NCBI GenBank assembly: GCA_951406725.2
Contig: OX597814.1
Location: 136,462,001-136,526,000 of the forward strand
Origin: Octopus vulgaris
Taxonomy: Eukaryota
Length of the DNA: 64,000 nt
Direction of reading: 5' to 3'
Both the position numbers and the translations under genes were made by a program. Below are positions 38,429 through 52,300 of the stretch, piece after piece (position 1 is the first letter of the stretch; each line of letters starts with the position of its first letter). Under the pieces are notes generated by a model. The model was not told the origin of the DNA. It searched no databases and was given only the letters and a program-made list of their open reading frames with translations.

Positions 38429-39189
38429 TATCCAGAGAATCCCCCATCAGAGGAAAAGACTCATTAGAAAATATAAATATTTAAGATGAATAATTTAATC
38501 AACTAAAATACTGCTTGCTATCGTTTGCATTATTTTCAACAGAAATAACATCGCACGTATCGGGAAAATTATCTTCTCCAGCACAGCTAATAATTAAAGA
38601 AGACTGGGCCTTTTAGAACAGCGGACATAACCCTAAACTTAATTTTCTTTATAAAAAGAACTGGGTCGCTCTTTCATCCATTAGTTCACCGGTCGATGAA
38701 AAGAACATATTCCAAAATTATGTCAAAGAAATGGAGGAGATTCTACAGAAGCAATACTGACGTGCTTTTAGGAAAGCCGATGCGGATGGCTTGACAGTAT
38801 GAAATAAATTCCTCAGCATGTCATCCCTAACAACTTTCGACATCTCGGATTTCGTAGCAGTAATATAAACACAACTTAACAGTAGACCCCGATATGTTCC
38901 TTGCTAGTGTCTTGAAGACGTACCAACATGAGTTTGCACACGTTCTAACTAATTTCTACTGGAAATCGCTAGACACGGGTTATACACACACACACACATT
39001 CATTCATTCTTACATACATACATACACACATACATACATACATACATACATACATACATACATACATACATACATACATACATACACGAACATGTTTCTA
39101 ACCCAGTGCCATTCCAGCTTTCAAGCCAGGAATTAAGTCACTTGTAATAGTTTAACGTCTAATCTCATTTACCTCTTATATCATTATAT

Positions 39190-39600
39190 AATTCGAGCGA
39201 GCAGGAAATCGAGAGATTTCTGGTAAGCAACAGTCTTCTAAATCCCAAACAGCGTGACTTCCGCCTTGACATAGACTACTTAACGCAGTTTCTGTACCAT
39301 TTTGATTGCATTTTAAATGTTTTGGGAGAGAAATCCAACATAGATGTCATACAACTTGACTTCAGTAAAGCTTTCAACAAAATCGAGTATAGTTCGTGGG
39401 AAGTTACTGCAGTGAATTAATTAGTCTATGAATTGCAAGACTCAGCACGCTGTAATCGATGGATCCAAATTAAATCCAGTAAATGTCATTAGTGGTACCC
39501 CCACTACACCAGGGTACTGCATCGAGTCCACTTTTCTCTTTTATTTATGTAGTTTATATAAATGACACTACCAATGATAGTGAAAACAGTAAAGTAAAAT
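39190..39600 (+). mobile_element. Degenerate CR1/L2-group RT fragment
   Basis: DVIQLDFSKAFNKIE, VISG.P.QG and YINDT-like motifs. Confidence 0.65.
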
Positions 39601-39624
39601 AAATAAAAAATCTACAAGCATAGC

Positions 39625-40015
39625 GAAGCGTCGGCACGGTTGGGTGGTTAAGAAACTCGCTTTGCAGCTACGTAGTTTCGCGTTCAGTCCCCCTACGCGG
39701 CACCTTGGGCAAATATTTTCTACTATAGCCCTGTGCCGACCAATGCCTTGTGAGTGAATTTGGCAGAAATTGTCTGGAACCTTATCGTGTGTGTGTGTGT
39801 GTGTGTTTTGTGCTTGTCCCTCCCATTATTGCTTGACAAGCTGCGTTGATTTGTTTATGTCCCTGTAACTTAGCGGTTCGGTAAAAAAAAACCGATAGGA
39901 TAAATACCGGAATTTAAAAACATGTATTGAGGTTTAATTATTTGACTAAACTTGCCAAAGCATTGCCCCAGCATGACCGCAGTCCAACGACTGGAACAAG
40001 TGAAAGGTAAAAGGT
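39625..40015 (+). mobile_element. SINE family B, full length (inverted partial copy at 40240-40430)
   Basis: GGTGGTTAAGAAACTCGC, GTTCAGTCCC, GGCACCTTGGGCAAAT, CCCCAGCATGACCGCAGT. Confidence 0.85.
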
Positions 40016-40483
40016 GATCAAAGAGGAAATTCAGAAATCGTGAAAGGAATAGGGAAGTCAAAAGCTCTTTAATCTGATGCACGCATTTGTGATTCAATGC
40101 GTGCATCAGATTGTGATTCAATGCGTGGAAGAGTAAATTTAAAGTAAACGAGGAAAATGTTCAGCTCATACACTTCCGAAAAGGGGCTGCAAATAAACAA
40201 CCGTGTATGTGTGCACAGACACACGCACACACAAAAGTTGACTGCGGCCATTCTGGTGCACCACCTTCAAAGGTTTTAGCCGAACAAATCGACCACCAGG
40301 ACTTATTCTTTGTAAGTCTAGTACTTATTCTGTCGATCTCTTTTGCCGAACCGCTAGGTTACGGGGACATAAACACACCAGCATCGTTTGTCAAACGATA
40401 GCGGGGTGGGGGGACAAACACAGACACGCACATAAATACATACACATACAAATGTATATTATGTATGTATTTATGCATGTATG

Positions 40484-40543
<60 letters not shown>

Positions 40544-41239
40544 TATATTATATAAACAACTTATATGGTTAAGGACGATGTGTCTAGTTTCGGCATATTT
40601 GGCATTATAATTTTTTTTCTTTTGCCCTTGTTTATAAGTTGTTTATAAATTCAACCTTTAAAGGTATTTTTAATATGCTGGCCATTGTAAAATTTTTTTT
40701 CGAAAAGTTTTATCCTATATTAGATGTATATATATTATATATGTAAGTATATATCAATCCTTAAATCCTTAAAAATGTTTTAGCTCGAAGACCGCGGCCA
40801 TGCTGGGGCACCACCGCTGAATGAGCTACACTAATTTGTGAATCCACCTCTGATACGTGGCACTTGATCAACAAGGGAGTTCGATGCTGCTGCCCGCATC
40901 CGCGTCTCCTGTCGTGAGGTAGGTTCATCTGGGACTCCCGACAAGAAGAGATCCAGTTTAGTTTTAAAGAAACCCACATCCACACCATGTAAGTCTCTCA
41001 GGCATTTAGGGAGGATGTTATATATATATATATATATATAACTACAAAATTAGAGAATGGAGAAACATACTTAAATCAATAAAACATCAACTATCCGATG
41101 ATACTCAATCCATACTTTAATACACCATTACATAGGAGTAAAGGCAATATATAAAATGAAATGAGATATACAGTAATAGTAAAAGTAAAAAGATAAAGAG
41201 ATATAAGTAAAAAATTACAAATACAATATGCAAATAAAT

Positions 41240-41357
41240 CAAAACTGACAGCTGTTTCGGCAGTGAGGACAGTCATACCTCATTTAACCTATAAGCCATA
41301 AAGGCAGGTATAAATGAGGCATTAACAAAGATGCCCCACGGCCTCTTCAGAGAATTA
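41240..41357 (-). ncRNA. Type I hammerhead ribozyme with extended stem II
   Basis: CU-CUGAAGA-GGC-CGUGGGG...CCUCACU-GCC-GAAA-C(AGCU)G-UC^AG. The core is intact with a GUC triplet, palindromic loop III and a long inner hairpin; stem I is weak. Confidence 0.75.
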
Positions 41358-41692
41358 AATTAAATTTGTTATAATAGTGAAAAATATTATATAATCATAT
41401 ACATATAAATATAAAAATATAAAAAAGTAAAATATAAAAACTTATACATCATAATGCTACACTTGTATAATATAATACACATTTGTACAAAAAGGAAGGT
41501 AACCAGAACAAAATAAAACAAAATATATAACAGTGTATATATAATATTAATAAGTACCGATATCATACATATTTAGCTAATAGTTTTTTTTATAAAAAAG
41601 GGCTAACACATATGGAGATGAAAAATAATAATAATTAAATCCGTGGTACAGTTCATAAAATTCTAAAGCTATAAAAGTTAATAAAAATTACT

Positions 41693-41726
<34 letters not shown>

Positions 41727-43454
41727 GTAATAATAATAAAAAATAATAAAAATAGATACAGTTAAGTTATCACCAAGTCCATCCTTCCAAGATCGAAATA
41801 ACTATGAGTTAAGAAATGCTGACCACTAGGTAAAGAAAATTTAGATTAATTCGATTGGCTATTGGTTTGAAATTTAAATCACAAAAGAAAATTATACGGT
41901 TGGTTAGTCAGGGAACGCCAATATTCACACACGCATCTACAAATCAATCGCACATACACACATAGTTATATGTATATACATACACTTGTACATATACATA
42001 ATCATAAGCAACAACTAACACTTAGATAAACAAATAGGGAAGCAACCATGCTAACACTAAGTCCTTCAAAATTATAACTGAGCCTCAATAACAAAAAAAG
42101 AACCATCCATGCATTCTATAAAATATTTAATTAAGATATAAATGTATTTTTAAATATCAGTATGTTACTAATTCAGATAATTATTTCATGGGTAACTTAA
42201 AATTTATAACACCGGTTTGTTGCAGAGTAAACATACGGTTGTTAGGTTTATCGTAAGTTTGTTATGATTTAAAGTACGCTAAATTATAAAATATAAAATA
42301 TAAAATATATTAATTTAGATATTATAAATAAGTCACTTATTAACTTAATAAATATAGTGCCAAAATATACCAGTTTAGGCAATAAAAAATAGAGGGGGAA
42401 GTATTAATGTAAACGCTTATGAGAACATCACAGAAATTTTAAATAAATTTTATATTATAAAGACTTAAGATGAAAAGAGATAAAATAAATAAAAAGGAAT
42501 AAATACGAAGGAATAAATACGGTTATACACATAATTATAAGTACAAACTAGTATATATGTATTCATATATTATTAAAATTAAATAAAAATAAATGATAGA
42601 TATGTATGTATAAAACCACACCAGTATAAGTAAATAAGTAAAGAATAAATAGGTAACAAATTAAATGACTTGATATGTATGTAAACATCCACACTTAAAT
42701 AGGCAAATAAATAAATAAATAGAAGACTAGATGCAAATATTGATAATATTACAATAAAATGGGAAATAAATAAAAATAAATAAAGTGAATATATATATTT
42801 TATATTGTTGAAAGTAAATATGTATGGAAGGATAGTTTTAAGTACAGATCCAGAGGACTATAGATATAAACTAAATATATGAGGCTGGTAACAATTATAA
42901 AGCAAAATGCATGTAAATGAGAAAATGAAAAAAATGAAAAAGGTTTATCAGTGAATAGCATAAGATACAAATTAAGGTGAGTACAAAAAGACCAAATATA
43001 TAATAAAAACCTTCCAAATCAGCACATACAAAAAACCCATAATCTCAACCTAAACCCACCAAACTCACAAAAGGCTCTCATATATTACATATTATACAAT
43101 ATCATTACATTATCCAGAGCTAGGTATCTAACCAAGATATACATATATACTTTGCAATATACTATGCAATATTGGAAAACTTCAAAAATCACACATTACA
43201 AGGCAAATACCAAAATGAATATGTTATTTTATGTCATATTGCATTTCTCTTAAAAAAACAAACAAAAACCCACATACAAAAACCAAGAAACCAATAATAC
43301 TAGACACATCCAATTAGTTATTATACAAATGTAGCTATAAAAATTATAAAATTATGAAATTTATAAATTGTATACTTTAGAATTATAGAAGACCACAGGT
43401 ATATTTAGTTAAAGAAGGGAATTAAAAAATTGATAATAGTGGAAGTGCTAAGTT

Positions 43455-44042
43455 CTATTTGAATCTAGAAAAGGTGAACGGTAGCCTATGAATACAAAAG
43501 AAGTTTTTCTCATTAATGTTGTTAATAATTTGCCGACCCGCTTTAATAATGAAGAAAATTTCATTAATACATAGAGAGCATTTTTTATTTTTTCCATTAT
43601 ACACAGGTGCTGAAGTTAGTATTTTCCAGTTTAATCTAAAATCTAAGTTCTTACTTTTAAGTTCCCAAATATATGCACTTAGCCCTGTAGAGTACATTCT
43701 ATTTTTATTCCTAAAAGTATATCTATGATAATTCCATCTTTGTTTTATGCTATTCATAGTTGCCCCGATATACACTCTACTACTCAATTGTGTATCTACA
43801 GTGCATTGGTAAACTACCTCCTTCCTGAGGCATTGATTACCAAATACACATTTATTTTTATTTCTGAAATTACAAAGATTAACAGAATGAGGAAATCTAA
43901 GATTGGACACCACCCCTATACTACTATTCACATTATAAGTGTTACAATTGTTATCATCATCCAAACCCAAAATCAACGAATGAGTTAATTCCACATTATC
44001 GGCTATATTCCTATCACTAGTACTAGTATTGGTAGTAGTGGT
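43455..44042 (-). CDS. Penelope-like GIY-YIG endonuclease domain (open frame, no RT upstream)
   Basis: CNFRNKNKCVFGNQCLRKEVVYQC...VYIGATMNSIKQRWNYH...LSAYIWELK...WKIL...CSLCINE...IN: VVY/YIG, R, E and N residues with Cys clusters. The ORF start given in the track lies in (TA)n. Confidence 0.85.
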   Translation of the reverse strand, partial: TTTTNTSTSDRNIADNVELTHSLILGLDDDNNCNTYNVNSSIGVVSNLRFPHSVNLCNFRNKNKCVFGNQCLRKEVVYQCTVDTQLSSRVYIGATMNSIKQRWNYHRYTFRNKNRMYSTGLSAYIWELKSKNLDFRLNWKILTSAPVYNGKNKKCSLCINEIFFIIKAGRQIINNINEKNFFCIHRLPFTFSRFK

Positions 44043-44599
44043 ATATATATATATTATATGCATGTATATACATACATAACTATATAAATATATATATATA
44101 TATATATATACGACGAGCTTCTTTCAATTTCCGTCTGCCAAATCCACATTTGCCCAAGGAGCCAAGCAGTGGGACTGAACCCCGACCCATATGGTTGGAA
44201 AGCAAATACATCATATATATCGGAGTATACATATGGTCGGCAGCATAGCGGAGGCATATCAAGAACAAGAGATATATAAGTGAGGCTTTATTCTTCAAAC
44301 AAACTATAAGAACTAGCCTGGAGGCTATAGAACAAGAACATAATTGTCGCCAACATTTTGAAATGGAAACGGAAACACAGCGTCTGGAATTGAACCATAT
44401 ATTTCTCAAATATATTAAAATTAGTTACACTTGTATGTTTGCCATACTAGTACTTTAACTTCTATGCTGTTATGAGAAGCTAGTTCTTCTAATATCTTTA
44501 TTACTTATCCGGCGACTAGGAGATGCTTGGTTTCAATTCGTGTTTGTATGATTAATCATTTCGATCTGAATTTCTTTCTAATTTTGGTACAAGGCTTGA

Positions 44600-44960
44600 A
44601 ACATGCTATGTTGATAATCAACATAGCAGGATCAATGTGAAAGAAGAAAAAATAAACAACTATGACGATTTGAAGTGGGAAATACGAAAGTTGTGGTCAA
44701 TGAAGCGAGTAGACGTGATACCAATAGAAATTGGTGCACTTAAAAGTATCAGCACTCAATTATCAACATGGGTGAAAAAGATTGGTGCAAGTGTGAAGGT
44801 AGAACACCTACAACAATCAGCATTGCTTGGAAGTGCAATGATTCTTTGCAGGGTTCTTGAAGTATGACCAGTAAACAGGTGTCACGTTAGTCTGCTGGCT
44901 ATGGACAACTGACTCCTACCATCATACACAGCAAAATAAGCTGTGAGTTTTTCTTATGAT
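44600..44960 (+). mobile_element. R4/Dong-like non-LTR retrotransposon 3' end (restriction-like endonuclease C-terminus)
   Basis: KEEKINNYDDLKWEIRKLWSMKRVDVIPIEIGAL...LQQSALLGSAMILCRVLEV*, then a short 3' UTR ending in (AAT)n. Confidence 0.78.
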
Positions 44961-44979
44961 AATAATATTAATAATAATA

Positions 44980-45195
44980 ATGGTTTCAAATTTTAGTACC
45001 AGGCCAGGAATTTTGGGGGAGGTACAAGTCGATTACATCGATCCAAGTGTTTAACTGGTACTTAATTTATTGACCCCCGAAAGGATGAAGAGCAAAGTCA
45101 ACCTCGGCGGAAGTTGAACTCAGAACGTGCAGGCAAGCGAAATGCCGCTAACCATTTTGCCCGGCGGGATAACGATTCTGCCAGCTCGCCGCCTT
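44980..45195 (-). mobile_element. SINE family A
   Basis: CCCCGAAAGGATGAAGAGCAAAGTCAACCTCGGCGGAAGTTGAACTCAGAACG...CTGCCAGCTCGCCGCC. Confidence 0.85.
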
Positions 45196-45196
45196 G

Positions 45197-45289
<93 letters not shown>

Positions 45290-45290
<1 letters not shown>

Positions 45291-45606
45291 GGAATAAAGA
45301 ACAGTCGATAGATATTACAGGTTAGCTTGGGAGGTTAAGCAGTTGTGGTCGATAGAAAAGGTGGTAGTGGTACCAATGATTGTAGGAGCCCTGGGAATAA
45401 TGAATAAAAATCTTGTTAAGTACATGGACAAATAGTACATGGAACAAATAGCAATAAGGGTGGAGCGCTTGCAGAAAACAGCACTGCTTGGAACCGCTCG
45501 AATACTCCGGATCGTGCTCGAAAAATAAGGGGTGTTACCTTAGTTCACTAGTAGTGAACAGCTGGCACCGTAATAATCTCCAGCGTTAGAAGCTGTGCAA
45601 AGACAA
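45290..45606 (+). mobile_element. Second R4/Dong-like 3' fragment inserted in (AAT)n
   Basis: VDRYYRLAWEVKQLWSIEKVVVVPMIVGALG...RLQKTALLGTARILRIVLEK*, with (AAT)n on both sides. Confidence 0.8.
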
Positions 45607-45659
45607 TAAATAATAATAATGGTAGTAATAATAGCAAGGCAACACCAACGTCCTCTTAA

Positions 45660-45907
<248 letters not shown>

Positions 45908-46095
45908 TCATGTGAAATCATCAAATTAAGCTGAGCTAGTTTCTTGTACACATTGTTGGAGACAACGTTTTATTGCGAATTTTTGGTGCTAACCGAATTC
46001 TACGCTGCAAAGAGAATCCAAGAGGAACGAAAATATTTTCTATGTAACTGTCTCAGTATTGTAGATAATCATTGATATTCAATACACACACACAC

Positions 46096-46132
<37 letters not shown>

Positions 46133-46321
46133 ACACATACACACACAAACTTTACGTAAGTGCATACACGAATATACGCATGTGCACATAAATAATCATT
46201 GACATAGACACCCATGTAAATATACACAAACACAAAAACACAAACATTGTGAATATGCACATAAGCGTACACATACACGCACACAAGCCCCCCCTCATTC
46301 ATATCTATCTATTTATCTGTC

Positions 46322-46435
<114 letters not shown>

Positions 46436-46580
46436 AGTGTAAATAAATTGTATTTAGATTCATCCTTTACTTTGGAGGTTTCCATAAAAATGATTTCTAA
46501 TATTGATTCTGCATATTTTGCTTGTAGTTTACAGGCGTAAATTTACGAATATGAAAATAATACTTGTATATGATATGTTG

Positions 46581-47039
46581 TGAGTTTATGGAAAGAAATC
46601 CCATAAGACACAACGATTTAGTTAAAAATGGAGAAGCGAAGTTGTTAAAATATATAAGAGAATTTTAATTCATGCAGACGATCGTTTCGTACAGAGATAT
46701 AAAACTAACGCAAATTCGTGATTGAATTGAATTAAATTACATAACGAGACTCATAAGGATAAATATGAATCTCCTAGATGTTATTCTGATATTTCCTTTC
46801 TCAAGTTCTTTGTAAAAATTTTGCTTATACTTCTTGCACTGAAGAGTACATTGATATATAATTAATTTATCTAATTAATTTACTTGCATTCAATTCAGTC
46901 ATGAATTTGCATTATTTTTATATCTCTGTACGAAACGATCGTCTGCATGAATTAAAATTCTCATAAATATTTTAATAACTTCTATTTCCCATTTTAAACT
47001 AAATTGTTGATTTTTATGGGATTTCTTTCTATAAATTCA
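46581..47039 (+). mobile_element. Non-coding Penelope-like fold-back element with hammerhead ribozyme
   Basis: Inverted arms 46581-46732 and 46888-47039; the HHR spans the spacer and the right arm. Confidence 0.8.
46831..46951 (+). ncRNA. Type I hammerhead ribozyme, fully canonical core
   Basis: UUCUUGCA-CUGAAGA-GUACA...UGUAC-GAAA-C(GAUC)G-UC^UGCAUGAA. Stem I has 7 of 8 pairs, stem III is the palindrome ACGAUCGU, and cleavage is predicted after 46943. Confidence 0.88.
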
Positions 47040-48409
47040 GAACATATGATATATATATATATATAGAGAGAGAGAGAGGGGGAGGCAGAGAGAGACACAC
47101 ACACATGCACACAAAATATACGCGTATACACACACAAGCATATGTATATACTCAAAAACGCTCACACACAAACAAACGTGTATACACACACGTACATACA
47201 TACAGGCACGTATACACATGCACAAGTACGTATGCAAGCATACGCATACACATACCACATACACACGCACACAAACACACACATACACACACAAACATAA
47301 ACACACACACAGACACATAAAAATAAACATGTAAGCCGTGATTAGAATGACATTTTCCATTTGATACATGTTTCATAATTTTTTTGTTTTGTGTAGGTTT
47401 TTTTAGGCATGATTCTGTGAACGCGTGCATGTATGTGATATAGTTATAGGCCTATATATGCGTCTATAGTGAATGCTTCGCTGCAACTAGTGTAACTCTA
47501 CACTGAAGTAATATATAACCTTACTGACCTTTTACTGTGTGTTTTACACCAACAGTAAAGACACGCAGACATCCAATATGGCATGGCGATATGGCGGCTT
47601 AGTTGGTGTACAACTGCTAGCTCATAATTCATTCGTGAGATGCAGATGCACCACCTTCAATTATTCTGACTTATGTAATTCTCCTTGTTCTTTCTTCTTA
47701 TCACTTTTTCTCTCTTTGTTTCTCTCTTTCCTTCCTTCTCTCTCTCTCTCTCTCTCTCCCTCTATTACTCCCTCGATGACATATGAATGTAAGCATATAT
47801 GGCATTTCAAATGTGGGTCTCATTACATGCTAAACTTTATGAATGTCTTACATGTTTTGATCGTACCTTTGATAGCTTGCAGCCGTAGTTTTCTCATTAG
47901 ACTTATTCCTTCTGGCTTTGTGAATTCCGGCTTCTCAAGATTGATACTAAGAATGGGTAGATATATACAGTCATAATCCATCCCGATTATAACTTTATGT
48001 TTCCTATCACTTCAGCACAGAGGTTTTCTTTTCACTACTATTTAACTTAGTGTTGACATTTGCGAGGCATCTAATTTCAAGTACTGAGCATAGGTTCTTT
48101 TCTCTGCCCCAGTTCGTTACGTTTAGTCTGTTGTGCTTGCATTTCATTAAAGTCTTGACAGGGACATCACTGAAACTTCATGCATTTATCTCCTCAGGAT
48201 TATACTTTCAACGGATTTCATTATGTAATGTTGTAACCACGGTACCACGTCGCATAAGTAGGTAATAATGCGAGCACATTTTCTGGTACCTACTTACGTA
48301 GATGACATCCTCCCTATTAATACTATGGAGATTGCAGTGATTGTTGTGCATTGGTGATTTACCTATATCCCAATCTCTTTGTTGCATCAAGTACATCGTG
48401 GTCATTTCC

Positions 48410-48615
48410 TGCTCTTGTATTACAAAAGCGTAATTTTCAGAACTAATATCCCTGTTGTCAGTTCCTAATAGACAACTCTGCTCGATTGTCTATGTATGTA
48501 TGTATGTATGTATGTATGTATGTATGTATGTATGTATGTTGTGTTATGTATGTATGCATGTACTATGTATGTATGTATGTATGTATGTATGTATGTATGT
48601 ATGTATGTATGTACG

Positions 48616-48649
<34 letters not shown>

Positions 48650-48655
48650 TGTATG

Positions 48656-48689
<34 letters not shown>

Positions 48690-49330
48690 GAAAGTATAAT
48701 TGCATGTACCTAGTCTTGTGGGATACGTTCACCATGTCATACAGATAAAACTAGCCCATGAATGGCCATAGCAACAATTTCTCCTCCAAAACGAATCGGC
48801 TCAATAGGTATTCCAATCAAACCAGGAACTTTTCTTGTGTTGATCTCTTTGATAATGGACATTATCTCATCAGCCGTTTCATCATCCATCATTTATGTCA
48901 CAATCTCCTTTTGCAGCAGACCATTAACAATTTCATCTCAGCAACAGATGGTTTATCACACAGATCTTTAAAGTGTTCAACCCACCGATTCATGATTTCT
49001 TCTGAATCTTTGATAAGGGTATGTACATCTTTTAACTTCAGTGGTATCACTTTCGATAAAGCTAGGGGTCAAAAAACTTAACCTTACTGTGCCATAAAAT
49101 GCCTTCAATACTCTGCAGTTGAAAATTCTCTGCGTTTCCGTTGGTACTTCAGACCACCAGTTATTCATCGTCTTCCGAGTTTTACACTACAGTTTTGTCT
49201 TTGCTTCTTTTATGGCTTTTTCAAAAGTGGCTTGCACTGGACCTTCTACAACAAGGCAGTTCTCATACAGCTTGTTCGTCTCTTCAATGAACCTAGTGAC
49301 TGCAGCATCAATATTATCAAACCAGTTGAA
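48410..49330 (-). mobile_element. RTE LINE ORF2 segment (EN-RT linker to early RT), degenerate
   Basis: NWFDNIDA, NNWWSE, LIKDSEEIMNRWVEHFKDL, KVPGLIGIPIE and ERIPQD motifs, interrupted by (TATG)n. Confidence 0.75.
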
Positions 49331-49345
49331 TTCGGTATGTATATG

Positions 49346-52300
49346 TGTTGTGACGTAATTTGTGACGTACAATAAATAAAATAACCAGACAACAGTAAAA
49401 ACAATGTAATGAACTAACTACTCTCTTTACTAACGAACCAACAATCAATATTCCTTGTAAACTAACCAATCGATACCTTCCGACTTCACTGCGAATTAAC
49501 ACGAATTTCACTCGACTCCGAACTCTGAACCCCGAACTCACTCGGTTCGTTACTTTATACTTTACTTGGTCCAGTCTATCTCTCGCAAAGGGGCGTCGTA
49601 ACTCTCATCACAAGACAACATCTCCCCTTTTGAGATTTCGACTGCTGTGAGAACGTGGAATTTCTTTTATATTTCCTTATTTTTCTTTCCAGCACCTCTT
49701 CCTCTTTTTCCATTGTTTTCTAGCTGTTGTATAATTGTTGCCCGACATTTAAGGTAGTATTGTTCGTTGCACACAGCACTTTTTCTTTTCGTTGTACTAA
49801 GCAATCTTGCCAACACTCTTGTTTATTTTATTTATTTATTTATTATTTTCCTTTTTTTTTTGAAAATCTAATTTTTCGTTTAGATATTACTTCCAGATAT
49901 TCAGTCTATTTTTGTTGTCTGAAGCTAGTTCTACGGGGTTCAATATATCTTGGTACTGGCACTTCAAACATATCATAGAAAACTTCCATTGGTATTACTC
50001 CTGTATGTCTCATCTTTAACTGGTTAAGGTGTCTCTTGTGTTCCGAAAGTTGTCCTTTAATTAAATACATCATGTTACCTAACCTTTTGATTCCACAAAG
50101 ATCCTCTCAACTTTCTTTACCATTTTTGTAATTTTTTAAATGAACTTTATCTTCTGCTTCGAAAGGTTTTGTAATATTTCTTGCATTACTTTCAGTGTTT
50201 ATTGTCTTTCCTATATATGTATTTTTTCCTGGTAATAATTTATCGAAGATCGATTTTATTTTACGCGCGGACATTAACTCTGCTGGTGACTTTCCTGAAT
50301 TAGTATTTGGATTTGGTGTTATTCTATATACTCTCAAAAATTTTGTTAGTGCTTCATCATTATCTTGCTCATTCCTAGCTTTTCAAAGAACTCTTTTTAA
50401 CGTGTCTACAAATCTTTTCACCTGCCCAGCAGACATTGGGTAGTAGGGCGGGGTAAGGATGTGATTTATAGCATGTATTTTGCAGAAATTTCTTAATTCA
50501 CATCCTCTGAATTGTGTTTCATTATCTTAAACTAACGTGTCTGGAATGCCGTATCGAGTAAATAACTAGAGTAGGAACTTTATTGTTGCCTTTGCCGTGG
50601 GTTTATTACATCTGCATACCTCTAGCCACTTTGTATTGCTATCCACAACGATTAGATAGAATGCGCCGTTCACTGGTCCAACGTAGTCGATGTGTATCCT
50701 GGACCATGGGCTCTCAATCTTTGTACATAAACCTAATTTGACGGAGATTCCTTGCAGAATTTTGTTTTCTCTTTAACTCTTCAGGCAAATTATTTTTAGA
50801 GGGACAAGCATTTACGTTTTTACAATAGAGATTTAAGTCCCATAAATCGAATAATTCTAACCAATCGGTACAGAGCAGATCGGTTGCATTTTTAACGACA
50901 AAGACTTTCGCCTGGCATGTTTCCCTCGAAACGGGACATTAGTCTTCATTTCGTCTATGAAATGTAATTTGTCACTCGTCACGCCACGAGTAGATTTCGC
51001 TGATTTTCTTAATATAGGTTTCCCTATTTTCTCAATATAGGTTTCCCTATGTGTTCATATTTGTTATCCAATTGAAGTTTAGTATCTATTCCGTTTATTT
51101 TTTACGTGTACAAATTTTCTTATTTGGGAGTCGATTTTTGTTTCTGCTGACAGCGCTCTAGGATTTTTAACGTTTGATTTTGTAATTTTGTTCTGCAGAG
51201 TGAACTCTTGCGACCAATATTTTTTCAATTGTAACATTTTTGATTTTTGAATGGACAGTGTTTCTTGAAATGTATGTCCCCATATCCATAACGTGTATTA
51301 GAACGTGGCGCTCTTTTTTTTGTTGTACTTTCTCGATTGACGCATCTATATTTTTGAGGAATCCTTTTCTCGATTTTTTTCTACATCGTGTTTCAGGTTT
51401 ACCATCCTTTGGCATTCTTCTGCCACGGACTGTAAGATTAGATTTTGGTTCGCTTGTTCCAATTTACAAAGAATTCTTGCCCGAATTTCTGTATCTTCAC
51501 TTGCTGTATCATCTTGTACGAAAATAAGACACTTGAACATCTTAGGTGTAAGTTCTTTGAGTTTAGAACTTTCACACATCCTTTTTGACTGTTGATGTGT
51601 ATGTAATAAAATCATCATTCTCTTTTTTCGTTATATTCCAACACTCCATTCGAGTGTTAACCAGAGAAGTTTTGTCACGGAATATGTAATTCTATTGTTT
51701 CCGAACAGTAAATCTAGTTGCTTTAAAACAAATTTCGCAGGGTTTCTTGGGCAATATGAAATTACAATAACAGTCATGTTCTAACGGAGCTAATTTTCGC
51801 AATAACAATCTTATTTTTGTTCGTCCGACCATGATTTGCAATCTTGCTTAAAACTCTCCTCGTACCTTCTGTAGTACGATGCAAAAGTTATACTCTCCTC
51901 TGGTGAAAACGAACTTACCTCATTTTTGGACTTATTTGAATATAGCTCCAATAATTGATGTTGTTGTAGCTGTTGCTCTAATAGTTGCTTCTGTAACTCC
52001 TGTTACTGCACTTGTTACTTTTGCAACTGTACTATGGAAGCTAATATGTCTTCCATTATTTAACAAGTTGCATCACAAACAAATTGTTAAATAACCTACG
52101 TGAGCTTCGAAAACCTCGTCACCAGATGTTGTAACGTACTTTTAACATACAATAAATAATCAGGTAGCAGTAAATGAACTAACAACTCTCTTTACGAAAC
52201 GAACCAACAATTCCTTCTGGATTAACCAATTGACACTTTCCAAATTCACTGCAAACTAACGGGAACTTTACTCGACTCCGAACCCTGAACCTTGAAATCA

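Larger units (their letters stand above)
41040..44042 (-). mobile_element. 5'-truncated Penelope-like retroelement: GIY-YIG domain, long AT-rich 3' region and terminal hammerhead
   Basis: GIY-YIG ORF at the right end and HHR at 41240-41357 on the same strand; bounded by (TA)n on both sides. Confidence 0.75.

Noticed and set aside
41400-43450. Possible mitochondrial insertion (very AT-rich, strand-skewed)
   Set aside because: No recognisable mitochondrial gene or tRNA; its position between the GIY-YIG ORF and the HHR fits a PLE trailer.
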